NCBI GenBank assembly: GCA_028534125.1
Contig: CM052817.1
Location: forward strand, 92,568,001-92,632,000
Direction: 5' to 3'
Length of the DNA stretch: 64,000 nt
DNA from: Lama glama
Lineage: Eukaryota
Position 1 is the first letter of the stretch. Each line of letters opens with the position of its first letter. Made by a program: the position numbers and the translations under genes. Of this stretch, positions 12,164-23,600 are shown in pieces. The notes under the pieces were generated by a model. The model was not told the DNA's origin, searched no databases, and saw nothing but the letters and a program-made list of their open reading frames with translations.

Positions 12164-12678
12164 TGGGAGTTCTTCAGCGTACGGAAAGTTTTCCTCCATT
12201 CTCTCTGAGTCCCTGGCTGGGTCAGAAAATTAAACTGACAAAGACAGACTAGCAGGAGAAGAGCATACAGATGTTACCGAATTTGGACAGGTACATGGGA
12301 GTCTTCACAAGAGAATGAAGATCCAGAGAAGTGGCCAGAGCAGGAAGCTTTTATATCTTTTAGACAAAGAAACAATACATTTTTGAACAATGGACAAGAC
12401 AAAGCGGTTAGGGCAAGGGGTATGATCAGCTAGGGCTAACTAGTCTTTGTCTTCCTTAAGTAGGAAGGTCAGTTAGTTTAACCAGGTTTGTTTGCTGTGT
12501 CTGGGCTGATAAGGGTCTATCTCCAGTAAAAGGACAATTTATCTCCTGCCTTTAGTCATAAACGGGGGGGAGGGGGGGCTTTCTCTCTGTTTACTGCTTC
12601 TTAATTGCCTTTAGCTCAAAATAATTTCCGTATCAAAGGGGCGTATTTTGGGGTGACATATTCTGATTTTCCCTATCA
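12164..12678 (-). mobile_element. ERV1-class (MER4-group-like) solo LTR
   Basis: Minus strand starts TGATAGGGAAAATCAGAATATGTCACCCCAAAATACG...TTATTTTGAGCTAAAGGCAATT and ends CA. Flanks are TTAC/TTAT (4-bp TSD, 1 mismatch). TATAAAA at 12355-12349. Confidence 0.75.
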
Positions 12679-13069
12679 TTATTAAATGGAATGTTTCCCT
12701 AGTTGTGATGGTCTCCATGTGGTGCAAAAAGTCCAATTCCTGGACAGCCCAACGCTGAATCTCAGATCAAAACATCTAGATACAGCCTTAGTCTGCACTT
12801 GTTTCATCCCCATGCCTGTGTCGGTAGCTCTCCCAAATTTATTTATCCAGGTTTAATCACTAGGTTCATGATGGCTCAGCAAGAGAAACTTGCCTTTTCC
12901 TTCCTGTGTATCTTTATAAAGCTCAGCACTCCAAACACAGGTGGTACTCAAACACATTCCTGACAGGACAGCTTACTGAGGCCATCTCACTTTGGATTTG
13001 GGGTAATGAGAAAATGTTTTGATCTCTTGGTGACATCCTTTAACTTGAAGCATCTATATTCTGATTCAC

Positions 13070-13170
13070 CTGGCATCCATGAAGCTCCTAAAACTGCATG
13101 TAAAAATTTTCAGTGTCTTCATTTTTCCGGAGGTAGAATCAATAGTTTTTATTAGATTCTCAAGCAAGAG
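13070..13170. mobile_element. hAT-Charlie MITE fragment (MER103-like)
   Basis: tccatgaagctcctaaaactgcatgtaaaaatttt...tagtttttattagattctcaa. Confidence 0.4.
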
Positions 13171-13239
13171 AGTGAGGAAAATAAAGTTAACCTATGTCAT
13201 TATGATTAGTCTTATAAAGAAAAGTAAATACAAAGTCAA

Positions 13240-13345
13240 ATAGGCCTCCCCTTATCAGCTGTGTGTCCCATGGCAAGTCACTTAATCTCTTTAACACCTT
13301 ACTCTCCTTTTCTGTAAAATGGGCTAACAATAGCACCATCTTATA
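13240..13345 (+). mobile_element. MIR
   Basis: agctgtgtg...ggcaagtcacttaatctct...tctgtaaaatggg. Confidence 0.7.
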
Positions 13346-13829
13346 ATGGCAGGGTACTCTGCACCACTCTCTGCTACTGAGAACAACTACACAAATGGGA
13401 CAAAATATACTTTAAACTATCAAAGAGTTAAAAAGAGACACATCACTTGGGAATGCGGCTCAGACACAAGACCCCTACATGGGGGGCAACTATTATCTGG
13501 GGAAGCATTTCCTTCTTCCCAAAGGGGATGCCCAGTAGCTGAGAGTCTGGGTGTGCTTTTAACAGAATCAAAGTCTGGAAAGACAGGGATAGACATCAGT
13601 GTCAGCAAAGAGGTAGGAAAGTAATGATGCTCCTCTGCCTCTGGGTTGAGATCTTAGAGACCTACAACCTAATCAAAAGTGTGAATCTTAAGTAGGCAAA
13701 ACCACTCAGGTTAGACTTGGCTTTGAAACACATCAGTACCTAAAAATAAAGTGATTTTGGTTTGTAACTGGCAGAAAAAAGTTCTCTTACACCACCTTCT
13801 ATTTCAGATTACTTCTGCAAAGCAGAAGT

Positions 13830-16800
13830 ACAATGTCTAGTACATAATGAAAAGTAACCAGGCATACACGGTGACACAATGAATGAATGAAAACTAGGAG
13901 AAATAACAGACAACAGAATAGACCCACATGAGCTCAAGATACTGCAGTTCACAGAGATTTTAAAATAACTATGCTTGCCGTGCTCAGGAATGAATTTTTA
14001 AAAATGAGAGTTCTGATAGATTACTGAAAAAATCAAATATTGAAAATATAAAAATGAACCAAATGGAAATCTTAGAACTGAAAAATAACTAAGAATGGGT
14101 AGGCTTAACAGATTAAATACAGTTAAATAGATAGGGAATTGAAATACAGATCAGAGAAAACATCATTAAAATGAAGCAAGTGAAAATCAGAAGGTAACAG
14201 ACGTAGAAAAGACAATGAGAAGGTATAACATACACGTAACTGGAATGCTAGCAAAAAAGATCAAGAGAATGAAGGAAAAGAAATATTTAAAGAAACAGCA
14301 GATGAGAAGTTTACAAAACCAAGGAAAGACAAGTTAAACAAGTCTTACTACCCCAAGCAGGATTTTTAAAAATAACACAAATAACTGGATATACTAAAAC
14401 TGCAGAAAACTAAGGTCAAAGAGAAAAACCTTTTAAAAAAAAAAGGGAGAGAGAGAGAGAAAGCTTAAAAGCAGCTGGAGAAAAAGACAATAAATACTAC
14501 CTACAAAAGAGCAATAACTCAGAGTGACAGTTTATTTCTTAGGGAAAAAAAGTAAATCAGAAGACCATGGAACAATACCTTAAGCATTCTTTTAAAATAA
14601 ATTATAACTACCAACTATTTTAAACAAAAATATCCTTCAAGAATGAAAGCATAATGAAGACACAGAAAGCACTTAATAAGGCAGCAGATTTAAACTCAAG
14701 TCAAATGTGCATTGATTAAATAATCCAATTAGAAGACAAAGATTTCCAAACCAGGTTAAGAAAAAAAAGTCTACTATTTATAAAAGACACATCAAAATAC
14801 AAAGATACAGAAAGGTTTAAAAGTATGAAAAAGAGAACCATACAAACATTAGCCAAGTAAATCTGTTCTAACTATAATAATGAAGCAAAAAGCAATTCTA
14901 GAGATACAGGCAAACATTTCATAATGATAAAACATTCAATTCACCAAAATACATTATAATTACAGATGTCTATATAACTAATAACATAGAATCAAAACAT
15001 ATAAACAAAAATTGAAAGAACTACAAGAAGAAAAACTCAACATTACAATTACAGTGGAGAACTGAACACACATTTCTCTGTAATCAACAAAATTAGAAGA
15101 TTAAAGAATCAGTTAATATATGGAAGATGTAAATACTAGTATCAAACTTGACCAAATGAACACAAACAAAGCATTTATCCAGCAATTGCAAGATACATTT
15201 CTGACTGCAGTAAAATAAGTATCAAAATGTTTGTACATTAAGAACTATATATCTAAATAACTCAAGATAAAAAAAAATCAGAATGGAAAATAGAAACTAT
15301 TTTGAGTGAAATAATCACCAAAACACTATATATCAAAACTTAGCTTTGAAATGCAGGTAAAGTCATGCTTAGAGGGAAATCTATCTAAAATGCGTATATT
15401 AGAAAATAAGGCTGAATATCAATTAACTAAACATCACTTTTAAGAAACTAGAAAAGTAGCAACCATGTATACCCAAAGAAAACACAAAGAAGTAACTAAT
15501 AAAAGGTAGAAATTAATGAAACAGCAAATAAATATACAACAGAAAAGGTAAACAGGTCCAGAAGTTGATGAAATTGATACATTTCTAGAGAGACCAATTA
15601 AGACAAGGGAGACACAAATAACAATTGTCAGGAATAAAAAAGGGGATACCACTGTACATCCCTGTACATTAAAAATATGAGAATATTATTAATAAATTTA
15701 TGCCAATGTATTTGAAAATCTAGATGAAAAGGATAAATCCTAAAAATAAACAGCTTGCAAAACTCACAGTAAAAGAAGATTTTTAAATATTTGAATAGTC
15801 GTCATACCATTCAACAAACCCACAAAGAAAACTTCAAAGCCAGACAGCCTCACCAGTGAATTCTGCCAAACATGTCAGGATGAAATAACACTGCTATCAC
15901 ACAAACTCCTCCAGAAAACAGAACAAAGAGTGAGCACTCCACAACTTACTTTTTAAGGCCAATATAATCTTGATACCAAAATTTAATAAGGATGTTATGA
16001 GGAAGAAAAACAGTCCAATCTTACTAATTTGTAAGGATGCAAAACCCCTAAATAAAAGATTAGCAAGTGATATTAATAAACATAAAAATTTATTACAGCC
16101 AAGTTGGATTATTTTATATATGCAAGTTTGGTTAAACACTTAAAATCAGTTAATATGTGACCACACTAATGGAATAAAAAAGGAAAATCATACAATAACC
16201 TCAATAGATACAGAAAAGTATTTGAAAAAATTTAGCATCCATAAACAACTAAAAGTTTTTGGCAAACTAGGAAAAAGAACACTCTTAAAATGAAAAAAAA
16301 AGATTATCTACAAAAATCACTATAGTTGATGAACAAATGACAAGTGTTGAAAGTCTTTCTTTTGAGACCTGGAAAGGGAGAAGGACATGTTCAATCAGCA
16401 CATCTATTTGACATTGTACAATTTGTGCAAAAAGGCAAAGAAAAAAATTTTAAAGCATAAAGATTACAAAAAAACAAACTTCTCAGATGGTATTATTGTG
16501 TGTGCAAAAAATATAAAAGAATCTATAGATAAATTACTAGAATTCACTTCACAAATTAGCTAGGTTTTGAACACAAGGTCAAAAAAACTATTTCTATAGG
16601 TAAGCAAAAAAATATTTAGAAAATAAAATTTTATAAAGAAACTATACAGCAGAGTGAAAAAAAAAAAACCCTGAAATACCTAGGAATAAATCTAATGAAA
16701 GATGTGAAAGACCTCTACAGAGAAATCTATGAAACATCAAAAAAAAAATTTAAAAGACCTAGATAAATAGAGGAATATGCCACGTTCATGAACTAGAAGA

Positions 16801-18420
16801 TTTGATATTATAAACATATTAATTTTGCCCAAATTTATTTATAAACTCAGTGGGATCTCAGTCAAAATCCCAACAGCTTAAGTCTCTGTTGCTGCTGGTG
16901 GAACTTCATAAGCTGATTCTTCAATGTTGTGTAAATGTAAAAGACAAAGAATAGCCAAGAGTCTAGCAAAGCACAAGAGTATTTGATCTAATAACCTTCA
17001 TTATAAAAGCACAGTGTGGCATTGGTGCAAGGATAGTCTCACAGACAAAAGGAGCAGGTGAGAGAGCCTGAACAGATCAACACATACTGGGACACTTGAT
17101 TTATGACAAGGTAGCCCCACAGGGCAGTGGGAACAGAGTGGACTTACCAATAAATCATGCTGGGGCAACCGGATGTCCACATTTTTTTTTAATTTAAAAC
17201 TTTACCCCTATCTCACACAATATGCAAAAATTAATTCCCAGTGAATTCTAAGTATAAATTTAGGGGTTAAAACTGAGAAGTTTCTAGAAGATAATATAAA
17301 AGAATACCTTTATAAGCTCAGAGTAGAAAGACTTATTAAACATAATAAAAACACTAACCATAAAGAAAAATGGAGTCTACAAAAGATTTGGATATTAAAA
17401 TTAAGATCCTCTTTTCATCCTTAACAGAATGAATAGGCAAGCAACAGAATGAAGATTATGCCACACGTACAACCAACAGTGAGCTCATATCCAGAATACA
17501 TTTTTAAAAATCTATAGATCAGTAAGAAAAAGACAACCTAGCTGAAAAGTGGACAAGAGACTCGAACCATGTCACAAAATATTTCGAACAAACGGCCAAT
17601 AAGCATGAAAAGGTGCACAACCTCATCAGTCAAGCGAAAGCAAATTAACTCCACAATGCAGTATTACTGCAAAACCACCAGAATGGCTAAAATTACAAAG
17701 ACTGACGATGCTGGCAAGGATAGGGAGCAAGGGAAATTCCCATATGCTGTGGGTGGGAGTATGTTGGTACAACTACTTTGGAAAACAGTTTGGTATTATC
17801 TACTAAAGTTGACGGTACACGTAACCTATGAGCTGATAGTTCCTCTCCTGGACACAGACCAAACAGAAACGCATATCCACAGGCACCAAGAAACACACAC
17901 AAGAATGCTCACAGCCACCCTATCCACAATGACCCCAACCAGATCATCCAAAGGTCCTCCAACAGTACAGTGGATAAATATGGAAAAATGATTGTGGTAT
18001 ACTCATAACAGTTTTCTGCACAGCACAGAAAAGTGAACTACAGCTACAACATTCACGAGTATCACAAACAAAGCAAAGAATCCAGATACGTGTAAACACA
18101 TACTCTATGATTCCATGCACTCCTTGCTCAAAAGACAGACAAAACCAAAATATTCCTTGTTGGAAAAACTAAAAAGAAAGGCAAGGAAGTGTTTACCAAA
18201 AATAACAGGATAGTTTGGCTTTGGGGTTTTTTTTCACCTTTGGGGGAGCAAAATAGTGACTAGGAGAGGGTCACAAAGGGGGATTCCAGGGCACTAGCAA
18301 TGTTCCATTTTTTATCCTGATGTTGGCTGCAAGGTGTCACTTGTAATAAGTCAGTGCGCTCTGCGTCTCTATTTTATGCACCTTTCTGTACATGTATGAA
18401 ATCTCAGTTAAAGAGGGTTA
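13830..18420 (+). mobile_element. Ancient degenerate L1 (L1M) spanning ORF1, ORF2 and 3'UTR remnants
   Basis: A-rich ~4.6 kb with ORF2 landmarks (caccagtgaattctgccaaacat, aatacctaggaataaatctaa, gaaagacctctacagagaaa). ORF 17569-17991 preserves ORF2 C-terminal remnants (MKRCTTS, TRMAKI, LWKTVW). Many stops and frameshifts. Confidence 0.9.
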
Positions 18421-18899
18421 ATGAATAAATCAAATGCATCTACAATAAAAGACTTTATTTTGTCAACACCTATGTATATTGCCTGAAATCAGGAAAAGAA
18501 TAGCTTAATTTTTTTTAAAAAAGCAAGTGTCCTCATTGTGGCCCATTAAAAATAATGTAACTTTTGCACTAACATTTATAGCTTTCGCACTAACATCTTA
18601 GCAAGCACTGGGGACCACTGAGCACTCCTGGCCAGTTCACACTGAGTGGGTTTCACTCATCTGTCATCCATTTGATGAGTGGACAATGGTGTATTGGTCC
18701 AGATAATGCACATTATATAAAAGACCTGAGATCATTTAGAAAATCTCCAGCTGATACCTGACACTTGCTCTTCCCTTCTCGCCTCACAGGCCGGTATTTT
18801 TCTCTTTACAGTTCTCAGCTCTGGTGTCACTTTCACAGGGAACCTCTCCTTGCTTCCACCCAGAATGAGGTAACCAACATCGCATTCCTCTCCTTTTGA

Positions 18900-19300
18900 T
18901 GTTAGGGCTGGTCCTTCTTGGTCTGCCCCCATCTCCCAGATCCATCGCTGGGAGGCTGATCCTTAAGGACTAGATCGCCAGGACACCCCATCCAGCAAGG
19001 ACAGAAGCTGGGAGGTAGGGAGGAGAGAGAAGTGGGACATGTCCTCCCCATTTCCTTTTTGCTGTGGTCTGTGTTCCTAGTGGTGGCCGCTTCTCTGGAG
19101 GTCCAGATTCTTCCTGCCTGGCTCCAGTTCCCTTGGCATCCAGCAACATCATTCCTGCCACCTAGGGTGGCAACAGCTCCCCACTGCTGTGCCCTCACTG
19201 GTTCTGGGAACCCTGCCTCCATCTTCCAAAGTTGTCTTTTCACTAAACTATCTTCATTAGAACAAGTTGAATTCTGTCTTCTGCTGGGACCCTGTGGAGT
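18900..19300 (+). mobile_element. ERVL-type LTR (LTR33-like) nested in an L2
   Basis: gggaggctgatccttaaggac...ggaggagagagaagtggg...cactaaactatcttca...ctgctgggaccctg. L2-like sequence lies on both sides (18760-18899 and 19300-19442). Confidence 0.6.
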
Positions 19301-21247
19301 GGTAATTTTATATTAATTTATAGGATACTTCCATCAACATCTGTCTTCTCCCACTAGGCTGTGAGCTTCATGACACTAGCACTTCGGAAGTTGCCAACCA
19401 GTATTTTAAATGATATAGTGAGTTAATGAAGGCATGAATGAACTCACATGAGAACTGGAGTATTCTATACATTGTACAAGGATTTCTAAAATGTCCCTGA
19501 TAACATTCGATGTGGCACCAATCTATCAGAGCAAACATTTTTCCCATGTTGGTTGAAAATAGCCTTTGTTGGCAGGACTATTCGTACTCATTTCAATGAT
19601 TTCAATTATTCTAGCAATAAGTGCAATAGCTGTGATTTCTCAACTGGGTAGATAAGTTTATCTGAAATAAGTCTCAGTGATGAGATTCCAAGTAGACTGC
19701 AATTAATTACAGCTTGGAGAGTCAGTAGGAGCACCATATGAAGCTTGACTAGAAAAAGAAGGCTCTGTATCTCTTATTTCTTATAACCCATTGCAAATGA
19801 CTCCATAAAATAAATACTTGTAATCTGTGATATGGGAGGGTTAACTCCAGGAAGGAAATATTCTTTGTTAACACAATAAACTATCTATTCTATACTGTTG
19901 TTTTAGACGTAAAAGACAATCTGGGCAGATACCAATATTAGATATGCAAGTTTCTTATTAATGTATATAGCTGGACAGCTTCTACAAAATGGACTGGAAA
20001 ATTCTGATTCTAAGCTACAAATCAGAATTTCCGGAACACAATCTGCAGCTCTGCAGATTCCTTTTCTTTTATGATAAAAAAAAAGTGCAGAAAAATCAGA
20101 TTACTCATAGACGATCTGATTGCACCAGCGAGATCTTTCAAACCAGTCAATGTCGTACGCTTGAATTTGAATCTTGAGAAAACTAGTTTATAAATTATAA
20201 TCACAATTAAATGCACATATATCAAGAATGTTTAGTTCATAGCAGGGCATTTTGAAAGCAGCCATCTACCCAGCACGCGAGCTCCTGGTGGGTGATAAAT
20301 TCTGAACTCTGAAGAGGTCAAGGTTCATCTCTTTTCTGCAATCTCTTTCTGGTTAAATCTCTCCTGTTTCTTCTGTTAACTTTTCCATTGTAAAAAGTAC
20401 CCCAGTTCTGTTCATTCTAACCAACAGAAAGAGGGGAAGGTCCAATTTCTCTAACATGGTTTGAGTTCAAGATTACCTGTGATCTCCCACCACGTAAACT
20501 AGTTAGTAAAGGAAGATCTTTCTAATACAGCACCACTTGGGACAGAGGTCTGGTTTTATAATTCAGAATAATACGGCATGTTTCAGTAATAGTTACAATA
20601 TTAATACCTTGTGAGGGGTTTTGAGGAAGTAGTTGAGTTAAAACAGTTAAAATGCAGTTACACTTCTGATTATTTTTACAACCAGATAACCTGCTTTGTT
20701 ATATATCTAATTAGGTGCAACAACAACAAAATTCAGTTTTCCTTATTCATTCGCTTCTGTCATAACTAATATGAGAAATGACCACCCCAGCTCCTTACTA
20801 ATTGTTTTCCTGGAAACAAAAGAGCATTTTATACCTGATCCTGCCACAACCAGTAAAGCGAATGAAGTAAAAATTAACCGTCCTTCACCTCTCTTGCCCA
20901 TATATAAAGCAATTATTTTTTAAAGGGGGAAGAGGGTTAGTACCGCATTCAATTCGTAAAGACTGACGCTGCCCCCACCCCAGACTCACTCATCTCCATT
21001 ATCAACATCACCCATTTGCGGGGAGCCGGGTACACGAAGGGCCCCATCGCCTGACAGGGTCAGAAAAGAAGCATCTCTCTCACAGTCTGAAAATTACGGC
21101 TCCTGATGCCTTCCTGGCACCAAAGTGGGGCGGGTCGCCCAGCCCCGAGAGACCGGGCGGCGCCTCGGTTGCCCGCAGCCCAAGGCCGCGGGCGGCGCCG
21201 CAGCGCCCCGGGTCCCCCTCCCACAGGGGCCGGCAGTGGGTCCTTAC

Positions 21248-21377
21248 CCGCCAGTCCGCCGCCGCCGCCTCCATCGCCCGCGTGCCCCTTCCTCCGCTGC
21301 AGGATGAAGTAAGGGTTGGCCCTCTCGGTGATCCACAGCGCGTTGGCCAGCAGCACCTCTTCGGGGTTCACCCACAT
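21248..21377 (-). CDS. TBC1D9: TBC1 domain family member 9 (Rab-GAP family), first coding exon (130 nt, phase-1 intron follows)
   Basis: Translates to [43 protein letters not shown](G), the N-terminus of mammalian TBC1D9 as I recall it. The ATG lies in AACATGT context, with an in-frame upstream TAA at 21567-21569. The exon ends at a canonical donor GCGG|GTAAGG and sits in a CpG island. Confidence 0.96.
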
Positions 21378-21750
21378 GTTCCCGGGCGCCGCGGGCGGAC
21401 GCACAATGGGGCGGCGGGTCGGGTCCAGCGCACACCAGCGCGCACAGGCGCGCACTCCCGGGCACACGCGCGCCCGCCCGCCCGCCGGCGAGGTGCGGCG
21501 GCTGAGAGCGACTTCACCAGGGGGTGGCCCGCGGCGCCCGGACGGCGACAAAGCCCCCGCGGCCGGTTAGGGAGAACCGCGAGGAGGCTGGCACCGCGAG
21601 CAGCATCCTCTCCGCGGCGCCGCCGCCCCTCGCGAGCCCGCGGCCGCAGACGCCCAGGCCCTTCGCTCCGCAGCCTGGCTGGGGCGCACCGCGGCAGGAG
21701 GAGAAGGAGGAAGGGGAGCGGGAGGAGGAGGAAGTGGTGTGGCTCAGTCT
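21378..21750 (-). other. TBC1D9: Probable TBC1D9 5'UTR (transcription start approximate)
   Basis: GC-rich sequence upstream of the ATG, with a pyrimidine-rich minus-strand stretch (ccacttcctcctcctccc) near 21720-21745. The start site is inferred, not observed. Confidence 0.55.
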
Positions 21751-22189
21751 CGGGATCCGGCTCGGCGGCCAGCAGGGCTGGCTGCCGGCGACGCGAGCTG
21801 ATTCGGCCCCTCGGGTCGGGCGGAGCTGGGCCGAGGCGCAGCTGGTCCCGCAGCGCCCACCCGGGGTCCGGGCCGCCTCGGCCTCTAGCGGCTCAGAGCC
21901 CTCGAGGTCACCGCGCGTTAACACTCCGCGTCGGGGCCACTCGCACCCCCGGTGAAGCCCAGCTCCCCGCTGGAAGGACGCTCCGGACACTGCGAATGAA
22001 TGACGACAGCACGGCTCACAAGGAGCGAGCCGGGGTGACACCAGCTTCCGCGGACGCGAGCCCTCCGTGGGCCCTGCGCGCCGAGCAGGGCCGCGGCGAC
22101 TGGCTTTGGGGGCACCTTCTGGGGACCGTGTAGCAAGCACTCGGCCCCACGCCCATCCCAGCAGGGAGGACGCTGCCAGCCTCCGTGGG

Positions 22190-22218
22190 GTGTGTGCGCG
22201 CGCGCGCTGTGTGTGTGT
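22190..22218. repeat. (TG)n(CG)n(TG)n purine-pyrimidine alternation
   Basis: gtgtgtgcgcgcgcgcgctgtgtgtgtgt. Confidence 0.9.
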
Positions 22219-23489
22219 TTATGGTTGACGCTCTGTAGGCTGGCGCCACCCCTTTTCCCAAGAAGTGTGTTTCAGGCTTCCAGACTTGGAGCTAGAGACC
22301 GGGGTCGGAAGTGGACGCAGCCAATGGTTGTCGATGTTTTTGTTTCCTGCATCCCTAGGGCAAGTCATGCGCTAAACTTGTCACCGCCTGTAACCCCTCC
22401 CCTTCTCCATTCCATTGTAATTAAAGTGGCCCAGCTAAATGCATTACATCACTTCTTTCCTTGACCTGTAGGGCACGAGCAATAGCGAAGTTGGAAGCAG
22501 CCCAAAAGCTTAGAGCAACTAATTCACACCACAGCTGTCCCTATACGAGGCCTGGACATGGCAGAATTCAAGGATTTATCCACACTTAATGGATGGACTT
22601 AAATTTTTAAAAAGAATCATGGAAATCAGAGACACAAAACCGGGCCTGCTTTATCCCAAGACAGTTTCACTTTCCCCGGTATTTCGAGCCTTTTTGTGGT
22701 GATCGTAGCCCTTCTACCTACCTATCTGATGACCTTTTTTTCCCACTTCTTTTTACACTCCGGAGATCTAAGATAGCTGAGAAAAAAGAAAAAGGCTCCT
22801 CTTCCCAGATAATGGGAATTTACCAAGCTCTGCTTTGTCGTGAAAGTTGGACAATCCTAGGGACTTATCCCTTCCCCAATGAGCAAATCATTCAAATGAG
22901 ACTTTCATGTGTGGACTTCACATTTTTCACTTTTGTAGTTCTCACTTGGAGGGGTGAATTCCTTTCAATAGCTGAGTGAGTCGCATCCTAGCCGTTTTAG
23001 AGAGGCTGCCTTTACACCTGTTGGTTTCCTATCCAGTGGGCTCTCAAGGAACAGAAGTCTCCCTTTACCTTATCACATTGACCTGCCTCTTTAGGAAACA
23101 TTTTGAATCTCCGGGCATTTGTGGAAATTCCACATTTTTAACATAGACTCAAAAATTTCATTTGGCACCACATAGTGGCCTCAGTCACAAAATCTACTGC
23201 AAATTTAAAAAATAAACAATAAGATTGCAAATTGTACATATGTAAAATTGTATTAATTTTGTATTTATATAATTTTAATATTTTGAACTGCTTCCATAGA
23301 TATTCTTTTATTTTATAGAATATGCATTTTTTAAAACTCCACTAAGTGACTTCATACTATCTCCTGGAGTGTCCTTATCATACTGCTCAAAGCTGTGACT
23401 TAACATCTGTGCCTTGGCCCTAAAGTGGGACCTTAGTGTAGCACTTTTTGTCTATTAGTGCCAAAATGGTGTTTGCTTATATAATTCAT

Positions 23490-23600
23490 GTGTTCATTCA
23501 CTCATTCATTCAGCATGGAATTATTGAATGCCTACTTGACTCTAGACCCTGGGGATAACAAGTGAACAAAACATACAAAAATTTCTGACTTTGTGAAGAT
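23490..23600 (-). mobile_element. L2 3' end
   Basis: ttcattcactcattcattca...ttattgaatgcctact...ggggataacaagtgaacaaaac. Confidence 0.7.

Larger units (their letters stand above)
1..21247 (-). other. TBC1D9: TBC1D9 intron 1 (continues beyond the window start)
   Basis: Begins at GTAAGG (21247 downward). The expected exon-2 peptide (LLVGTLDVVLDSSARV...) is absent from the ORF track and I did not find it by eye. Confidence 0.85.
21010..22330. promoter_or_regulatory. CpG-island promoter of TBC1D9
   Basis: Very high GC and CpG density against CpG-depleted flanks. GC boxes are present, with an ETS core GGAAGTG near 21730, CGGAAGTG at 22306-22313 and AGCCAATG at 22319-22326. Confidence 0.9.

Noticed and set aside
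17569..17991. 140-aa ORF, and the 124-aa ORF at 36434-36808
   Set aside because: These are decayed L1 ORF2 C-terminal remnants, not host genes.
21060..22140. Long overlapping ORFs in the CpG island (283 aa +, 208 aa -, 163 aa -, 143 aa +)
   Set aside because: These are stop-poor, GC-rich shadow frames rich in Arg/Pro/Gly/Ala. Only the 21377-21248 segment matches a known protein and ends at a splice donor.
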